DNA of 64,000 nt from an uncultured Gammaproteobacteria bacterium (GCA_964496095.1 CAZBWU010000001.1:48617-112616), one strand, 5' to 3'; positions 28,811 to 38,020 are shown, counted from the first letter of the stretch. Numbers and translations: made by a program. The notes: generated from the letters alone by a model not told the origin.

Positions 28811-30439
28811 TTAGGATTGTTTTGAATATTTTTCTTCGAGAAGTTTTTCTTTGACTCGTTGTCTGGCTTCACTATCACCACGAGCGCTATCGTAGGCATT
28901 ATGATCTACAAAATTCATTATCTCGGCGCGCCAAGGGTCGATTTTTTTGATTTCATTGTGGATTTGTTGGCACAACTTTCTATACTGAGGGTGTCCTTGT
29001 TTGGTCGTGCGTAGCTCAAGCATATGCATCGCTTCACGATCATTGAAGCCCATTACCCAGCGTACACGAGTGCCGTGTAGAGATACATAGGATGCTACCT
29101 CTCCCAAATCCTCATAAATTTCATTATACAATTCTAAAACTTTTTCATGGCATTGCATAATACGGTCGGCATGACCAGCGTCTTGTAGATCTTGAGGAAC
29201 CACCATACCCATGCGAGGACTAAAAGTTTGGCGCATTTGGGTATTCATCCGGTGGCGCATCAAATCTTTGTAAGTGCCAAAATCAGCACACAAGTCTACT
29301 GTATAAGCATAACCGCTTTCTAGAGCTCTGCCAGGACGATCGCGACGAGTCTGTCTGTCGCCAACGTACATTTTCTTGATGAGTTGTTGGGTATCTTTAT
29401 CCATTTCTTTTACAATTTCGTAAAGTTGCATTAGAGGTAAGTTGCTATAGGCATAAAGCATATTTGCAATCAGGTATTCTTCGGTATGGATTAATTCCCA
29501 AGGCACAATAGCGACGGATAAATTTTCTTTAGCAATAATACCTGATAATAATTTGTTGGCCAAATCCTTCATGCTTTTTTCAATTGCAATGTTGTAATCT
29601 TTTTTCTTTGCTCTATGTACGTACTCGGGCATTATTTTTGAAAGTTCAGTAAACAAATTTTTACCGATTTGTTCTACTTCAGGGTAAGGGGTGCTTAAGA
29701 GGTGAGAGATGAGCATTTGGAAATAACGGCCATTACCGAACATGCCCACATTTGTTTTTGTGCTTAAAGGTAGTAGGCACCGCAAAGTATCACAAGCCTT
29801 AGTTTTTTGATCAATTTTGTGGGTAGTCCTAAAAGCTTTTTGGTCTTTTTCTTCAGTTAAATCTGCAAGTTTTTGTTTATTGCCAGTGCCCAGAATGTCG
29901 TATTCGGCTTTTTCTAAAGGGAATAATTCTTGATAAAAATTTTGCATTGGTTCTATTAATTCTTTGTAGGTATCAAAAACATAATCCATAGTTTGGATAT
30001 ATTTCTCAGCGTGTTTGGAAGCCATTATTTTTGGTTCACGGACATATTTATATAGACCGTCTTGATCTTTTTCGTCAAAAAATACATAGCGAGTCGATTT
30101 TTCAATAGGGGAGCCGCCAATGCGTCTGTCTTCGATTTCTTTGGTAGATAGTACGGAGATGTTTTCAAAAGAAACGTGGGAACCTTCAAGTTCTCCAACA
30201 GAATCATCGCCATAAGCCACGAGCACGCGTTCGATAAGTTCGTGAACATGTTCTAAATCAACCACACCATCTTTAACAAATTCTTTTAGTAGTATTTCTT
30301 GAAAACCAGTTTTAATACGACTGTATCTGGCGTAAATAGCGCCAGCAATGCCGGTTAAGTTTTTAACGGCAAAAACATTGCCACCAACGTTGGTTACATA
30401 TGATTCTAAAATCTTTTTTTCTTCATCATTAAATGCCAT
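28811..30439 (-). CDS. thyX: FAD-dependent thymidylate synthase, tandem-domain form
   Basis: YGDDSV, EKSTRY, DTLRCLLP, DLMRHR, ELRT..QGH..YR. Confidence 0.88.
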   Translation of the reverse strand: MAFNDEEKKILESYVTNVGGNVFAVKNLTGIAGAIYARYSRIKTGFQEILLKEFVKDGVVDLEHVHELIERVLVAYGDDSVGELEGSHVSFENISVLSTKEIEDRRIGGSPIEKSTRYVFFDEKDQDGLYKYVREPKIMASKHAEKYIQTMDYVFDTYKELIEPMQNFYQELFPLEKAEYDILGTGNKQKLADLTEEKDQKAFRTTHKIDQKTKACDTLRCLLPLSTKTNVGMFGNGRYFQMLISHLLSTPYPEVEQIGKNLFTELSKIMPEYVHRAKKKDYNIAIEKSMKDLANKLLSGIIAKENLSVAIVPWELIHTEEYLIANMLYAYSNLPLMQLYEIVKEMDKDTQQLIKKMYVGDRQTRRDRPGRALESGYAYTVDLCADFGTYKDLMRHRMNTQMRQTFSPRMGMVVPQDLQDAGHADRIMQCHEKVLELYNEIYEDLGEVASYVSLHGTRVRWVMGFNDREAMHMLELRTTKQGHPQYRKLCQQIHNEIKKIDPWRAEIMNFVDHNAYDSARGDSEARQRVKEKLLEEKYSKQS

Positions 30440-30502
30440 AGTTTATATTATTTATGTCCAAGTATGCACGCGAAAATTAATGATCCTATTTAAACTCGCG
30501 CT

Positions 30503-30841
30503 CTATTTTTGTAAAATTTTGCCGAATCTTTTCCTAAACCAACTTAACAAACCAGGTGTTTCTATGTTAAGGTTTTGAGCCTGACTCTGATCTGCACTAT
30601 TTAAACTATGGCCATTTTGTATAGTGGAAAGGGTATCCATTTTTTTTCTCAGGAATTCTAAAGTTTTCTCTGCGTTAAGCGGGGGTGCCTTATTAATAGG
30701 TGCTTGTCCTGATTCTTCTTGTATTCCAGGAAGTCTAGGTTCTTGAGCAAGTCCAGTTGTGACTCTTTTTTCATACATATCTCTCAATTGTTGAGGGCCT
30801 ACTTTAAGTGCCTCTGGTCCACTAACGCGTATATTGGCCAT
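30503..30841 (-). CDS. Hypothetical protein
   Basis: 112-aa ORF co-oriented within the dTTP cluster. Confidence 0.6.
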   Translation of the reverse strand: MANIRVSGPEALKVGPQQLRDMYEKRVTTGLAQEPRLPGIQEESGQAPINKAPPLNAEKTLEFLRKKMDTLSTIQNGHSLNSADQSQAQNLNIETPGLLSWFRKRFGKILQK

Positions 30842-30854
30842 ACTAAAAAATAGC

Positions 30855-31055
30855 TTAATCTTCTCTGACTTCTTCTAAATCAGCATCATCTAATTCTTGA
30901 GTTTCTTCAGCTTGGTTTCCTGTTAAGCTTTCGCCACCTTGATTTTGTGAATCCGCCGGTTGTGTTTCTGAACCGGCGTTGCCTTCTTGTTTAGCCCTGA
31001 GCCAATTCTTGGCTTGGTCTATATCTCCGATGAGTGGATGAGGTCTTTCTCCCAT
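30855..31055 (-). CDS. Small acidic hypothetical protein
   Basis: 66-aa ORF fitting the gap after dut. Confidence 0.55.
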   Translation of the reverse strand: MGERPHPLIGDIDQAKNWLRAKQEGNAGSETQPADSQNQGGESLTGNQAEETQELDDADLEEVRED

Positions 31056-31087
31056 ACATTTAAATTTAAAAATTAAATAAATTATAT

Positions 31088-31519
31088 TTAAGCCCCCGTA
31101 CTTCCAAATCCGCCGCGACTGTCGGCGTTCATCTCACTTACTTCTTCCCATTCACTTTTGTCTATGCGGACAAAGACAGCTTGGCCGATGCGTTCGCCTT
31201 TGGCAACACTTACTTCTTGATCGGTAAAATTGTAAAATTGCATCATTACCTCATCTTTTTCTCCACAATAATCTCTATCAACTATACCAATTCCATGTGG
31301 TATGAGCAAGCCTTTTTTTTTGGGTGTGCTAGAGCGACTAGATACCATAAGCATATAACCTGGAGGTGTTTCGATAACGACGTTAGCAGGTATTAACCCC
31401 AGTGTTTTTGGCGCTATTGTCATATCTATGCGACTAGTAAGATCAAAAGCAACCGCCCCGGAAGTTTGATATTCGGGCAAGGGGAGAGAGGTATCTATTC
31501 TTTTGATTTTTACTTTCAT
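31088..31519 (-). CDS. dut: dUTP diphosphatase
   Basis: AFDL, SRSS, GIVDRDYCG, GERIGQ, RGGFGSTG. Confidence 0.95.
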   Translation of the reverse strand: MKVKIKRIDTSLPLPEYQTSGAVAFDLTSRIDMTIAPKTLGLIPANVVIETPPGYMLMVSSRSSTPKKKGLLIPHGIGIVDRDYCGEKDEVMMQFYNFTDQEVSVAKGERIGQAVFVRIDKSEWEEVSEMNADSRGGFGSTGA

Positions 31520-31567
31520 GGTATGTAGATTACACTGATTTACAGTAAGGATTGCGCAGATTGCCAG

Positions 31568-32131
31568 TTATTTATTTTTAATTTGTTCCAAAATATTTTC
31601 CATATTCAAATAAAATTCTTCCCTGGTGCCATTATTTGTCAGGGTATATTCAGCTTTTTGTCCGAGTTCTTTGATAAGCATATCTGCCTCGGCTTGTTCG
31701 TCTTTCAAAAACTGTTCAAAAGTTTTGTCTGCTTCATCTGGGTTTTCTTTGCGCAAAACCATTCTTTCCCAGCGTGTTTTTGGATCAGCGGTTATGTAAA
31801 TCAGATGAAAACCTTCTAATTCTTTTAAATAAGTAATATCGGTTGGACGGCGGATGCCCTCTACTGCCACGATATCATTTTTGTCAGCCAAAACATCTTT
31901 AACAATGACTTTGCTCATTATATCTTGACCATAGCGACTACGTAAAAAAGTAGAAAGATCTTGTAAATTTTCTCGAGTTTTTTCGGCGTAGATTCGGTCA
32001 AGAATATCTCGTAACATGGTTGAGAATCTGTAAGATGTGACGCCGTATTTTTCTTTGAGGTATTGGCAGATGGTGCCTTTACCACCAGCTAAATCTCCGA
32101 CAAAACCCAGGATAATTTTATTGGTTTGCAT
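31568..32131 (-). CDS. P-loop nucleoside monophosphate / dephospho-CoA kinase-like protein
   Basis: GDLAGGKGT P-loop, VEGIRR. Confidence 0.8.
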   Translation of the reverse strand: MQTNKIILGFVGDLAGGKGTICQYLKEKYGVTSYRFSTMLRDILDRIYAEKTRENLQDLSTFLRSRYGQDIMSKVIVKDVLADKNDIVAVEGIRRPTDITYLKELEGFHLIYITADPKTRWERMVLRKENPDEADKTFEQFLKDEQAEADMLIKELGQKAEYTLTNNGTREEFYLNMENILEQIKNK

Positions 32132-32621
32132 ATTTTTCTACTTCTGGAGAAAGTATAACTACTTCTACTCCTCCGGCGCGCAAGGTTTCTTCATCACCTG
32201 CGTGGTATTTTTTTGTACATACCACACGTTTGATTCCAACACTAACAATTGCTTTTGCGCAATTTGAACAAGGGGTATACTGAACGTAAACAGTACCGCC
32301 ATCAAGCGCAATACCTCGTTTTGCCGCTTGGCAGATGGCATTTATTTCCATATGAATAGTACGCATGCAATGTTGGCTTTGATGTCCATCTTCATGTATA
32401 ACGGTTTTCATTAGATGACCCACATCATCACAATGAGGTTGTCCTGGTGGGGAGCCGACATAACCGGTAGCTAGAATGTTTTTATCTTTTACAATTACAC
32501 AACCATGATGTTCTCGGCCCCGGTCACAGGTAGAGCGTTTGGCCACAGAGTGACAGATTTCCATAAAATATTCATCCCAAGTTGGCCTGACATATGGCTG
32601 TGTAGAAGTATTATCGGACAT
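32118..32621 (-). CDS. dCMP deaminase (ComEB-like)
   Basis: RPTWDEYFM, RSTC, HMEINA, PCSNC. Confidence 0.93.
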   Translation of the reverse strand: MSDNTSTQPYVRPTWDEYFMEICHSVAKRSTCDRGREHHGCVIVKDKNILATGYVGSPPGQPHCDDVGHLMKTVIHEDGHQSQHCMRTIHMEINAICQAAKRGIALDGGTVYVQYTPCSNCAKAIVSVGIKRVVCTKKYHAGDEETLRAGGVEVVILSPEVEKYANQ

Positions 32622-32701
32622 ATTTTTAATTAAGAATTACTTTTAAAGTGTAACAAAAAACAAATGCCTTGGCAAATGTTTTTTAGGGTCTGAAAAGCCT
32701 G

Positions 32702-33775
32702 TTAATCCTGGGTCTGTTTACTGGTCGAGAGGTATTTTTCCGCTTCCAGAATAATTTTTTTGGCGACTGATAGCGTGTAGGCAGGGCGAGAACTGAGGGC
32801 GGTCTCATTGCACAACATAATACCGTCGGCGCCATCAAGAACAATATTGGTCAAATCCAAAATATCCGAACGCAAGGGGATATAGTTGTGAATTGTACCT
32901 TCTAGAATCTGAGAAGAAATAATTACTTGTTTTTTATATTTTTTAACTATTTTAATTGCTTCTTTTTGAAAAATACCCAAACGTTCAAATGGCATGTCTA
33001 GCCCCAACTTACCTCTATTGAGGATTATTAAATCATAGAAATCATCTTGGCAGATTTGTTCGAGGTTTTCCATAGCCACCCGACTTTCAATACGAGCAAT
33101 TATTTTTGGACGCCAACTAAACTCAGAGAGAGTTTTAATTTTATTGTTTATTGTTGGATTTATAAAAGGTATGGCCAAATATTCAGGAGAAATTTCTTCT
33201 AGTTTGGCTAAAACTTCCTTAAGATGATTAAGATATGTTTCGTTCTCAGTATTTTGGTGAATATGAATTGCAAGGGTAGATTGAACGATGCCTTCGTTGA
33301 GGAATCTAACTTTGACAGTTTCCTTGTTGATAATCTCAGTAATCTGTAAGGCGATTTTGCCTTGGTCTATAGTAGCGATTTGGTTTATATAGACATGGTT
33401 GCCTAGTTCGGGAAGGTGAACATAAATATATTCATCAGTTATAGGAGAAGTATTTTGATTGACGGTGTTATTATCTCGTGATGGTAAGAGGCAGGCTGGA
33501 TAGGCAGACTTTAATATAGCTTCTTCGTTTTCCAAAACGGTTCGCGGAATGTGCGGGCCTGCAAGACGGATTTGATCAGAAGGTAAATTGACGATTATTT
33601 TGGCCGAAGAGTTAAGTTCGTCTATGACACGCATGCTATCTTTTATACGTTCAATGGTATTTTCTAATGGTCCATAAGATAGGCTGTAGCGTAAAGCGTC
33701 AGCTCCGGCGAGGATAATTTTGCGAATTTTATTTTCGGAGAAATTATTCAGACCGACTGAGGCGATGATGAACAT
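32702..33775 (-). CDS. Pyruvate kinase homolog, degenerate and lacking the C-terminal domain
   Basis: IARIES, NRGKLG, SQILE, NIVLDGADGIMLCNETA align to PK barrel motifs. Confidence 0.75.
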   Translation of the reverse strand: MFIIASVGLNNFSENKIRKIILAGADALRYSLSYGPLENTIERIKDSMRVIDELNSSAKIIVNLPSDQIRLAGPHIPRTVLENEEAILKSAYPACLLPSRDNNTVNQNTSPITDEYIYVHLPELGNHVYINQIATIDQGKIALQITEIINKETVKVRFLNEGIVQSTLAIHIHQNTENETYLNHLKEVLAKLEEISPEYLAIPFINPTINNKIKTLSEFSWRPKIIARIESRVAMENLEQICQDDFYDLIILNRGKLGLDMPFERLGIFQKEAIKIVKKYKKQVIISSQILEGTIHNYIPLRSDILDLTNIVLDGADGIMLCNETALSSRPAYTLSVAKKIILEAEKYLSTSKQTQD

Positions 33776-33831
33776 AGGTTAGCTTTTTAGTTTGTAGCTG
33801 GTTAGCTTATTAGTATTTAATTTTTTTTCAT

Positions 33832-33915
33832 TGCCATCCTGAAGGGTTAACACCCTGAAGGATCTCTGCCTTAATCACCGTCGGACAGAGATTCTTCGCT
33901 TTGCTCAGAATGACA
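33832..33915. repeat. REP-like palindromic element
   Basis: TGCCATCCTGA...GGATCTCTG...CAGAGATTCTTCGCTTTGCTCAGAATGACA. Confidence 0.85.
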
Positions 33916-33955
33916 GGTAGTAATAAGTGTAGTGTACCTATATTTACCTGAAAAG

Positions 33956-33985
33956 CAAATCCCCCCGCGATTGCGGGGGGATTTG
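33956..33985 (-). terminator. Intrinsic terminator of rplA
   Basis: CAAATCCCCCCGC-N4-GCGGGGGGATTTG followed by CTTTT on the minus strand. Confidence 0.8.
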
Positions 33986-33999
33986 AGAGTGAAGTTTGA

Positions 34000-34674
34000 T
34001 TAGGCTGAGATTTTGATAGATGGACTCATGGTAGAGCAGAGAACCACGTTTTTGAGGAAGGTACCTTTAGCTGTGGCAGGCTTGGCTTTGCGCAAGACTT
34101 CCAAGAAGGCATTGATATTTTCTTTTAGTTTCTCTTCGCCGAAGCTGATTTTGCCTACAGCTTGGTGAACATTTCCATTATCATCATTTTTGAAAGTCAC
34201 TTTACCAGTTTTGAGATCTTCAATCATCTTTTTTAGGTTGGTGCCTACAGTATCAGATTTTGGGTTAGGCATTAAACCTTTTGGACCCAAGACTCTCGCG
34301 ACAGAAGCCATTTTAGGCATCATATCTGGAGTGGTGATAGCGATCTCGAAGGCAATCTTACCTGTGTCTTTAATTTTTTTAATATCTTCTTCACCGTAAA
34401 CAAAGTCTGCGCCGGCATCCTTGGCTTCTTTTTCTCTTTCCGGAGCGACGAAAGCGGCAACAGTTTTGGTTTTACCGGTTCCGTGTGGCAAAACTACGGT
34501 CGCGCGAACTTGTTGTTCGGTTTTTTTGGTGTTAATACCCAAGTTGGCATGCACCTCTACGGTGGCGTCAAATTTAACACTAGAAACTTCTTTGAGAAGT
34601 TTTAAGGCTTCGTCCAAAGAGTATGATTTGTTTTTCTCCACCTTGGCCATGTTGGCCTTCATTTTTTTTGACAT
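34000..34674 (-). CDS. rplA: 50S ribosomal protein uL1
   Basis: KFDATVE, VLPHGTGK, TPDMM, LGPKGLMPNPK, STMSP. Confidence 0.98.
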   Translation of the reverse strand: MSKKMKANMAKVEKNKSYSLDEALKLLKEVSSVKFDATVEVHANLGINTKKTEQQVRATVVLPHGTGKTKTVAAFVAPEREKEAKDAGADFVYGEEDIKKIKDTGKIAFEIAITTPDMMPKMASVARVLGPKGLMPNPKSDTVGTNLKKMIEDLKTGKVTFKNDDNGNVHQAVGKISFGEEKLKENINAFLEVLRKAKPATAKGTFLKNVVLCSTMSPSIKISA

Positions 34675-34690
34675 AAAATATATGTTTAAA

Positions 34691-34763
34691 GTGGTGCAAA
34701 CCCCCGAGTGTTCGGGGTCCCACTAATGCTGAGCATCTTACATTATTAGACTGTTTTTGTCAA
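34691..34763 (-). promoter_or_regulatory. rplA promoter plus putative L1 autoregulatory leader
   Basis: TTGACA-N17-TAAGAT (34763-34735); leader GUGGGA-CCCCGA..UCGGGG-GUUUGC-ACCAC resembles the L1 mRNA target. Confidence 0.75.
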
Positions 34764-34877
34764 TATCTATAGGTTTTAATGAGCAAAAAATTATTTTTTA
34801 CCTATACGGGGTCCTTTTAAAAAAGCTATTTACGGAACGATCTTCTTCGGAAAGGTGTTTTGTTTTTTTGCAAACTC

Positions 34878-34906
34878 TTGCCAACTATTACAGAGTGTAG
34901 TAGTAT
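34878..34906 (+). promoter_or_regulatory. Promoter with palindromic operator in the spacer
   Basis: TTGCCA-N17-TAGTAT containing TATTAC-AGAGT-GTAGTA. Confidence 0.55.
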
Positions 34907-35003
34907 ATAGGAATTAATTTTGTATTATATGGGTTGAAGCTCATAAATACTTGCGGGGTTAAATTAAGAACATTTAATTTAATTCTTTTATTTCATATTG
35001 TGT

Positions 35004-35471
35004 ATGAAAAATAAGTTAGGAGTATTGCTTACTTTAGGCGCTTTGGTAATTCTCGTTGGTGCTGGTTGCGCCAAAACCAATAGTCCGGCTGTGGAAGTAA
35101 AAGATGACAAGCAAGTAGAATCAAATGAAGTTCAGCCAACGACTAAAACAGAAGATGAAGCAAAACCAGCTACAGATAACACTGGTGCAATGGTAAAACC
35201 AGGGCAAGATACAACTGTGGTAGACACAGGTAGGTCAATGTTGACAGTAGCAGAAGTGGCAAAGCATAATGTGCCAGAAGATTGTTATATTATGGTTCGC
35301 ACATCTGTTTATGATGTGACCAAATTTACGGATAAGCACCCAGGAGGATCTGAAGCTATTATTCCTCTTTGTGGTAAAGATGCTACCACCGCATTTACAA
35401 AACAGCATGGTGGTCAAGATAAACCAGAAGGTGTTTTAACCGGCTTGAAGATTGGAGAATTGGCAAAATAA
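35004..35471 (+). CDS. Lipoprotein-like cytochrome b5 heme-binding domain protein
   Basis: Signal peptide ending GAGC; EVAKHN, VYDVT, HPGG, CGKDATTAF...H. Confidence 0.9.
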   Translation: MKNKLGVLLTLGALVILVGAGCAKTNSPAVEVKDDKQVESNEVQPTTKTEDEAKPATDNTGAMVKPGQDTTVVDTGRSMLTVAEVAKHNVPEDCYIMVRTSVYDVTKFTDKHPGGSEAIIPLCGKDATTAFTKQHGGQDKPEGVLTGLKIGELAK

Positions 35472-35484
35472 AAATTATATAATT

Positions 35485-35517
35485 AAAAACCCCACCCTTA
35501 CGAAGGGTGGGGTTTTT
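35485..35517. terminator. Bidirectional intrinsic terminator
   Basis: AAAAACCCCACCCTT-ACG-AAGGGTGGGGTTTTT. Confidence 0.9.
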
Positions 35518-35520
35518 GTT

Positions 35521-36054
35521 TTAAGTTTTAAGTAGGTGGGCAAAGGTTTTTTTGAGTTTAATTATTTTTGGGTCTATCACTATTTGGCAGTAGGGCTGGG
35601 TTTGATTGTTAGTATAATAATCTTGGTGATAGGCTTCGGCAGGATAAAATTTTTCTATAGGTAATACTTGAGTGACGATTGGTTTGGTAAAAGTTTGCTC
35701 AGCTGTTAGTTTTTGAATGTAGTTTTCAACTATTTGTTTTTGTTCGGGATTGGTAAAGAAAATTACAGAGCGGTATTGTGGGCCGCGGTCGTTGCCTTGC
35801 TGGTTGAGAGTGGTGGGGTCGTGGGAAGTAAAAAATACAGCCAGCAGTGTTTCAAGATCAATAATATCAGGGTTGTATTCAATTTTTACCACTTCGGCAT
35901 GGCCAGTTTTGCCAGTACAAATATCTTCATAAGTTGGATTTGGGAAATTGCCCCCAGTATATCCGGAAGTAACACCCTCTACGCCCTTGAGCATTTTAAA
36001 AACCGCTTCTATACACCAGAAACAACCTCCGCCGAAGATGATTGAGTGGGACAT
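35521..36054 (-). CDS. msrA: Peptide methionine sulfoxide reductase A
   Basis: GGGCFWC, PTYEDIC, TGHAE, HDPT, QYRS, AEAYHQDY. Confidence 0.97.
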   Translation of the reverse strand: MSHSIIFGGGCFWCIEAVFKMLKGVEGVTSGYTGGNFPNPTYEDICTGKTGHAEVVKIEYNPDIIDLETLLAVFFTSHDPTTLNQQGNDRGPQYRSVIFFTNPEQKQIVENYIQKLTAEQTFTKPIVTQVLPIEKFYPAEAYHQDYYTNNQTQPYCQIVIDPKIIKLKKTFAHLLKT

Positions 36055-36150
36055 ATATTTAAAGTTATTTTTGTAGTTTAGCATAGCCGGGTAGGTTGCG
36101 CCATATGGAGTGTTGTAGTAGGATAAAGAAAGTTTAGCTTAATCTAAAGT

Positions 36151-37005
36151 ATGTTTTTGAGAAATTTAACGCAACAGAAATTAACTAAAATAGCGGTGGT
36201 ATGCGGGAGCACATTCGGCTCTCTGTTCGCTATGGGTTTGTTAGCGGGGGAAATCTTTAGTCTATTTCACAACCTCGATGCGCTTAATGATCCTTTTTTC
36301 CCTATTATATTTGTAGTTTTCCCTATTATGGGCATGCTCAGATTTATGGTCAGTTTCGCGTTTGCGTGGAGTCTGACTATTTTATTGGGCAAAGTTTTTT
36401 ATAAATCACATGATGATACTAAAATAAAACATATCATACTAGCACTGGTTGGTTTGGTGATGAGTGCCGTTATATTATATGTATATCTGGGTATAAAAAT
36501 ATTATCGGTTAGAATTAAACATGTCCGCAGCAATAGTCAGTTGGAACAGATAGCGAAAAGCCCGTTAGTTAAAATTAATGCGAAGTTTTATTTTTTTAAC
36601 AGTGGCGATTTGGCTAAATCAATTACTGAGCATCCGTATGTTTCTCCGGTTGCGCTTGAGAGGTTATGGCATATACACGATGAGTATGTAGATATATTGG
36701 TAGCTGGGAATACCAGCACGCCCCAGTATATATTAGAGAACCTTGGTGCGGCAGACGATATAAATACTAAGGAGCAATTAGCTAAAAATCCAAATACACC
36801 ACCCGCGGTCTTAGAGAGACTATATGTATACGCAGACCCTATTTTGATAGGCAGAGATAAAAGTAAGGATGGCAGGTTTGATTATGGAGTTAGTGTTGCC
36901 CGAGGAATTATACAAAATTTACTCAAAAACCCTTCTACTCCGAAATATATTTTGGAGAATATTAATAAGTCGTACGAACTATATTTTAAAGTCATACACT
37001 ATTAG
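36151..37005 (+). CDS. Membrane protein with LRV-like helical repeats
   Basis: 3 TMs, then repeated NPxTP..VLE.L units. Confidence 0.7.
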   Translation: MFLRNLTQQKLTKIAVVCGSTFGSLFAMGLLAGEIFSLFHNLDALNDPFFPIIFVVFPIMGMLRFMVSFAFAWSLTILLGKVFYKSHDDTKIKHIILALVGLVMSAVILYVYLGIKILSVRIKHVRSNSQLEQIAKSPLVKINAKFYFFNSGDLAKSITEHPYVSPVALERLWHIHDEYVDILVAGNTSTPQYILENLGAADDINTKEQLAKNPNTPPAVLERLYVYADPILIGRDKSKDGRFDYGVSVARGIIQNLLKNPSTPKYILENINKSYELYFKVIHY

Positions 37006-37029
37006 TTAGTTATCTTCTGAAGAAGAAAT

Positions 37030-37611
37030 TTATCTCGCATTTTTTAGCGCTCGCGCCCACCAAGAAAGCTGAGCAATCATTTTACTTGCTTGGTCTGTGG
37101 CTTTGGCAAACATATCGCTTGCTTCGGCTTTACCAAATAGAACAGGGAAAAATTCATTTCCAACAAAGTGTACCGCTTCACGCATTGGAGCCATTTGGAG
37201 CTCTACAGCCACGAGTCGTAATTGTTCTACGGCTCTAGCGCCACCGACACTGCCGTAGCTAACAAAAGCGACGGGTTTGTTGTTCCATTCTTGGTAGACC
37301 CAATCCATGGCGTTTTTGAGAACACCAGAGGTGCTGTGGTTGTATTCTGGGGTAACAATAACAAAGGCGTCGCCTTCGGCAATTTTGGCAGTAAATCTAG
37401 CTACAGCTTCATTCTTGTATGGTTCTGATTTGTAAGAAGGGCTTACTGGTTCGTTGAAGAAGGGCATTTCATAGTCTTGGAGGTCAACTATTTCTACTGA
37501 TAAGCCTTCGTGTTTTTTTAGTTCTTCAGCAATCCAAGTAGCTGGCTTATCACTAAAACGGCCAACGCGAGTACTGCCAACGATTACTTTGACGGAGATA
37601 CTTTCACTCAT
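37030..37611 (-). CDS. NAD(P)H-dependent FMN reductase
   Basis: GSTRVGR, VTPEYNH, LKNAMD, VSYGSVGGARA. Confidence 0.93.
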   Translation of the reverse strand: MSESISVKVIVGSTRVGRFSDKPATWIAEELKKHEGLSVEIVDLQDYEMPFFNEPVSPSYKSEPYKNEAVARFTAKIAEGDAFVIVTPEYNHSTSGVLKNAMDWVYQEWNNKPVAFVSYGSVGGARAVEQLRLVAVELQMAPMREAVHFVGNEFFPVLFGKAEASDMFAKATDQASKMIAQLSWWARALKNAR

Positions 37612-37635
37612 ACATTTCTATGTTTAAGAATTAAA

Positions 37636-37676
37636 TACTACGGAGTGTAGTATAGCAGGAAATAAAAAAAGCGCAA
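37636..37676 (-). promoter_or_regulatory. Promoter overlapped by palindromic operator
   Basis: TTGCGC-N16-TATACT; TACTAC-GGAGT-GTAGTA at 37636-37652. Confidence 0.55.
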
Positions 37677-37683
37677 GTAAAAC

Positions 37684-37716
37684 AAAAACCCCGGGCCGCA
37701 GTTGCGGCTCGGGGTT
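37684..37716 (-). terminator. Intrinsic terminator of the basic-peptide gene
   Basis: CCCCGAGCCGC-AACT-GCGGCCCGGGG-TTTTT on the minus strand. Confidence 0.85.
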
Positions 37717-37734
37717 AGTCGTTTGAAGTCCCGT

Positions 37735-37857
37735 TTATCTTCTTTTTTTAGCAACTTTTTTTGCAAGCATTACTCGCTTGGCCGCCAATCTCTTTTTGGT
37801 TTTTGGAGAGTGTCGTGATTTAGTTCTTTTCTTTAGTCCTGTAGGTCTTTTGGCCAT
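37735..37857 (-). CDS. 40-aa highly basic peptide MAKRPTGLKKRTKSRHSPKTKKRLAAKRVMLAKKVAKKRR (not in ORF track)
   Basis: Own promoter TTGACT-N17-TATAAT and terminator; 19 of 40 residues K/R, no D/E. Confidence 0.8.
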   Translation of the reverse strand: MAKRPTGLKKRTKSRHSPKTKKRLAAKRVMLAKKVAKKRR

Positions 37858-37886
37858 ATGTAAATTATTATTAAATAAGTAATAGT

Positions 37887-37915
37887 ATTATAGAAGTAAA
37901 AAACTATTTAGTCAA
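37887..37915 (-). promoter_or_regulatory. sigma70-type promoter of the basic-peptide gene
   Basis: TTGACT-N17-TATAAT. Confidence 0.8.
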
Positions 37916-37916
37916 T

Positions 37917-38014
37917 TGTCATTCTGAGTGAAACGAGGAATCTCTGTCGGGATAATTTAAAATTGACAGGGATCCTTAACGGAGTTTATCCCCTTTAGGG
38001 GGTTCAGGATGACA
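37917..38014. repeat. REP-like palindromic element
   Basis: TGTCATTCTGAG...GAATCTCTGTC...GACAGGGATCC...TTCAGGATGACA. Confidence 0.85.
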
Positions 38015-38020
38015 GTAAAA

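Noticed and set aside
34779-34820. Micro-ORF MSKKLFFTYTGSF as another leader peptide
   Set aside because: No clear control-codon run and no convincing terminator/antiterminator pair; it lies upstream of the likely promoter.
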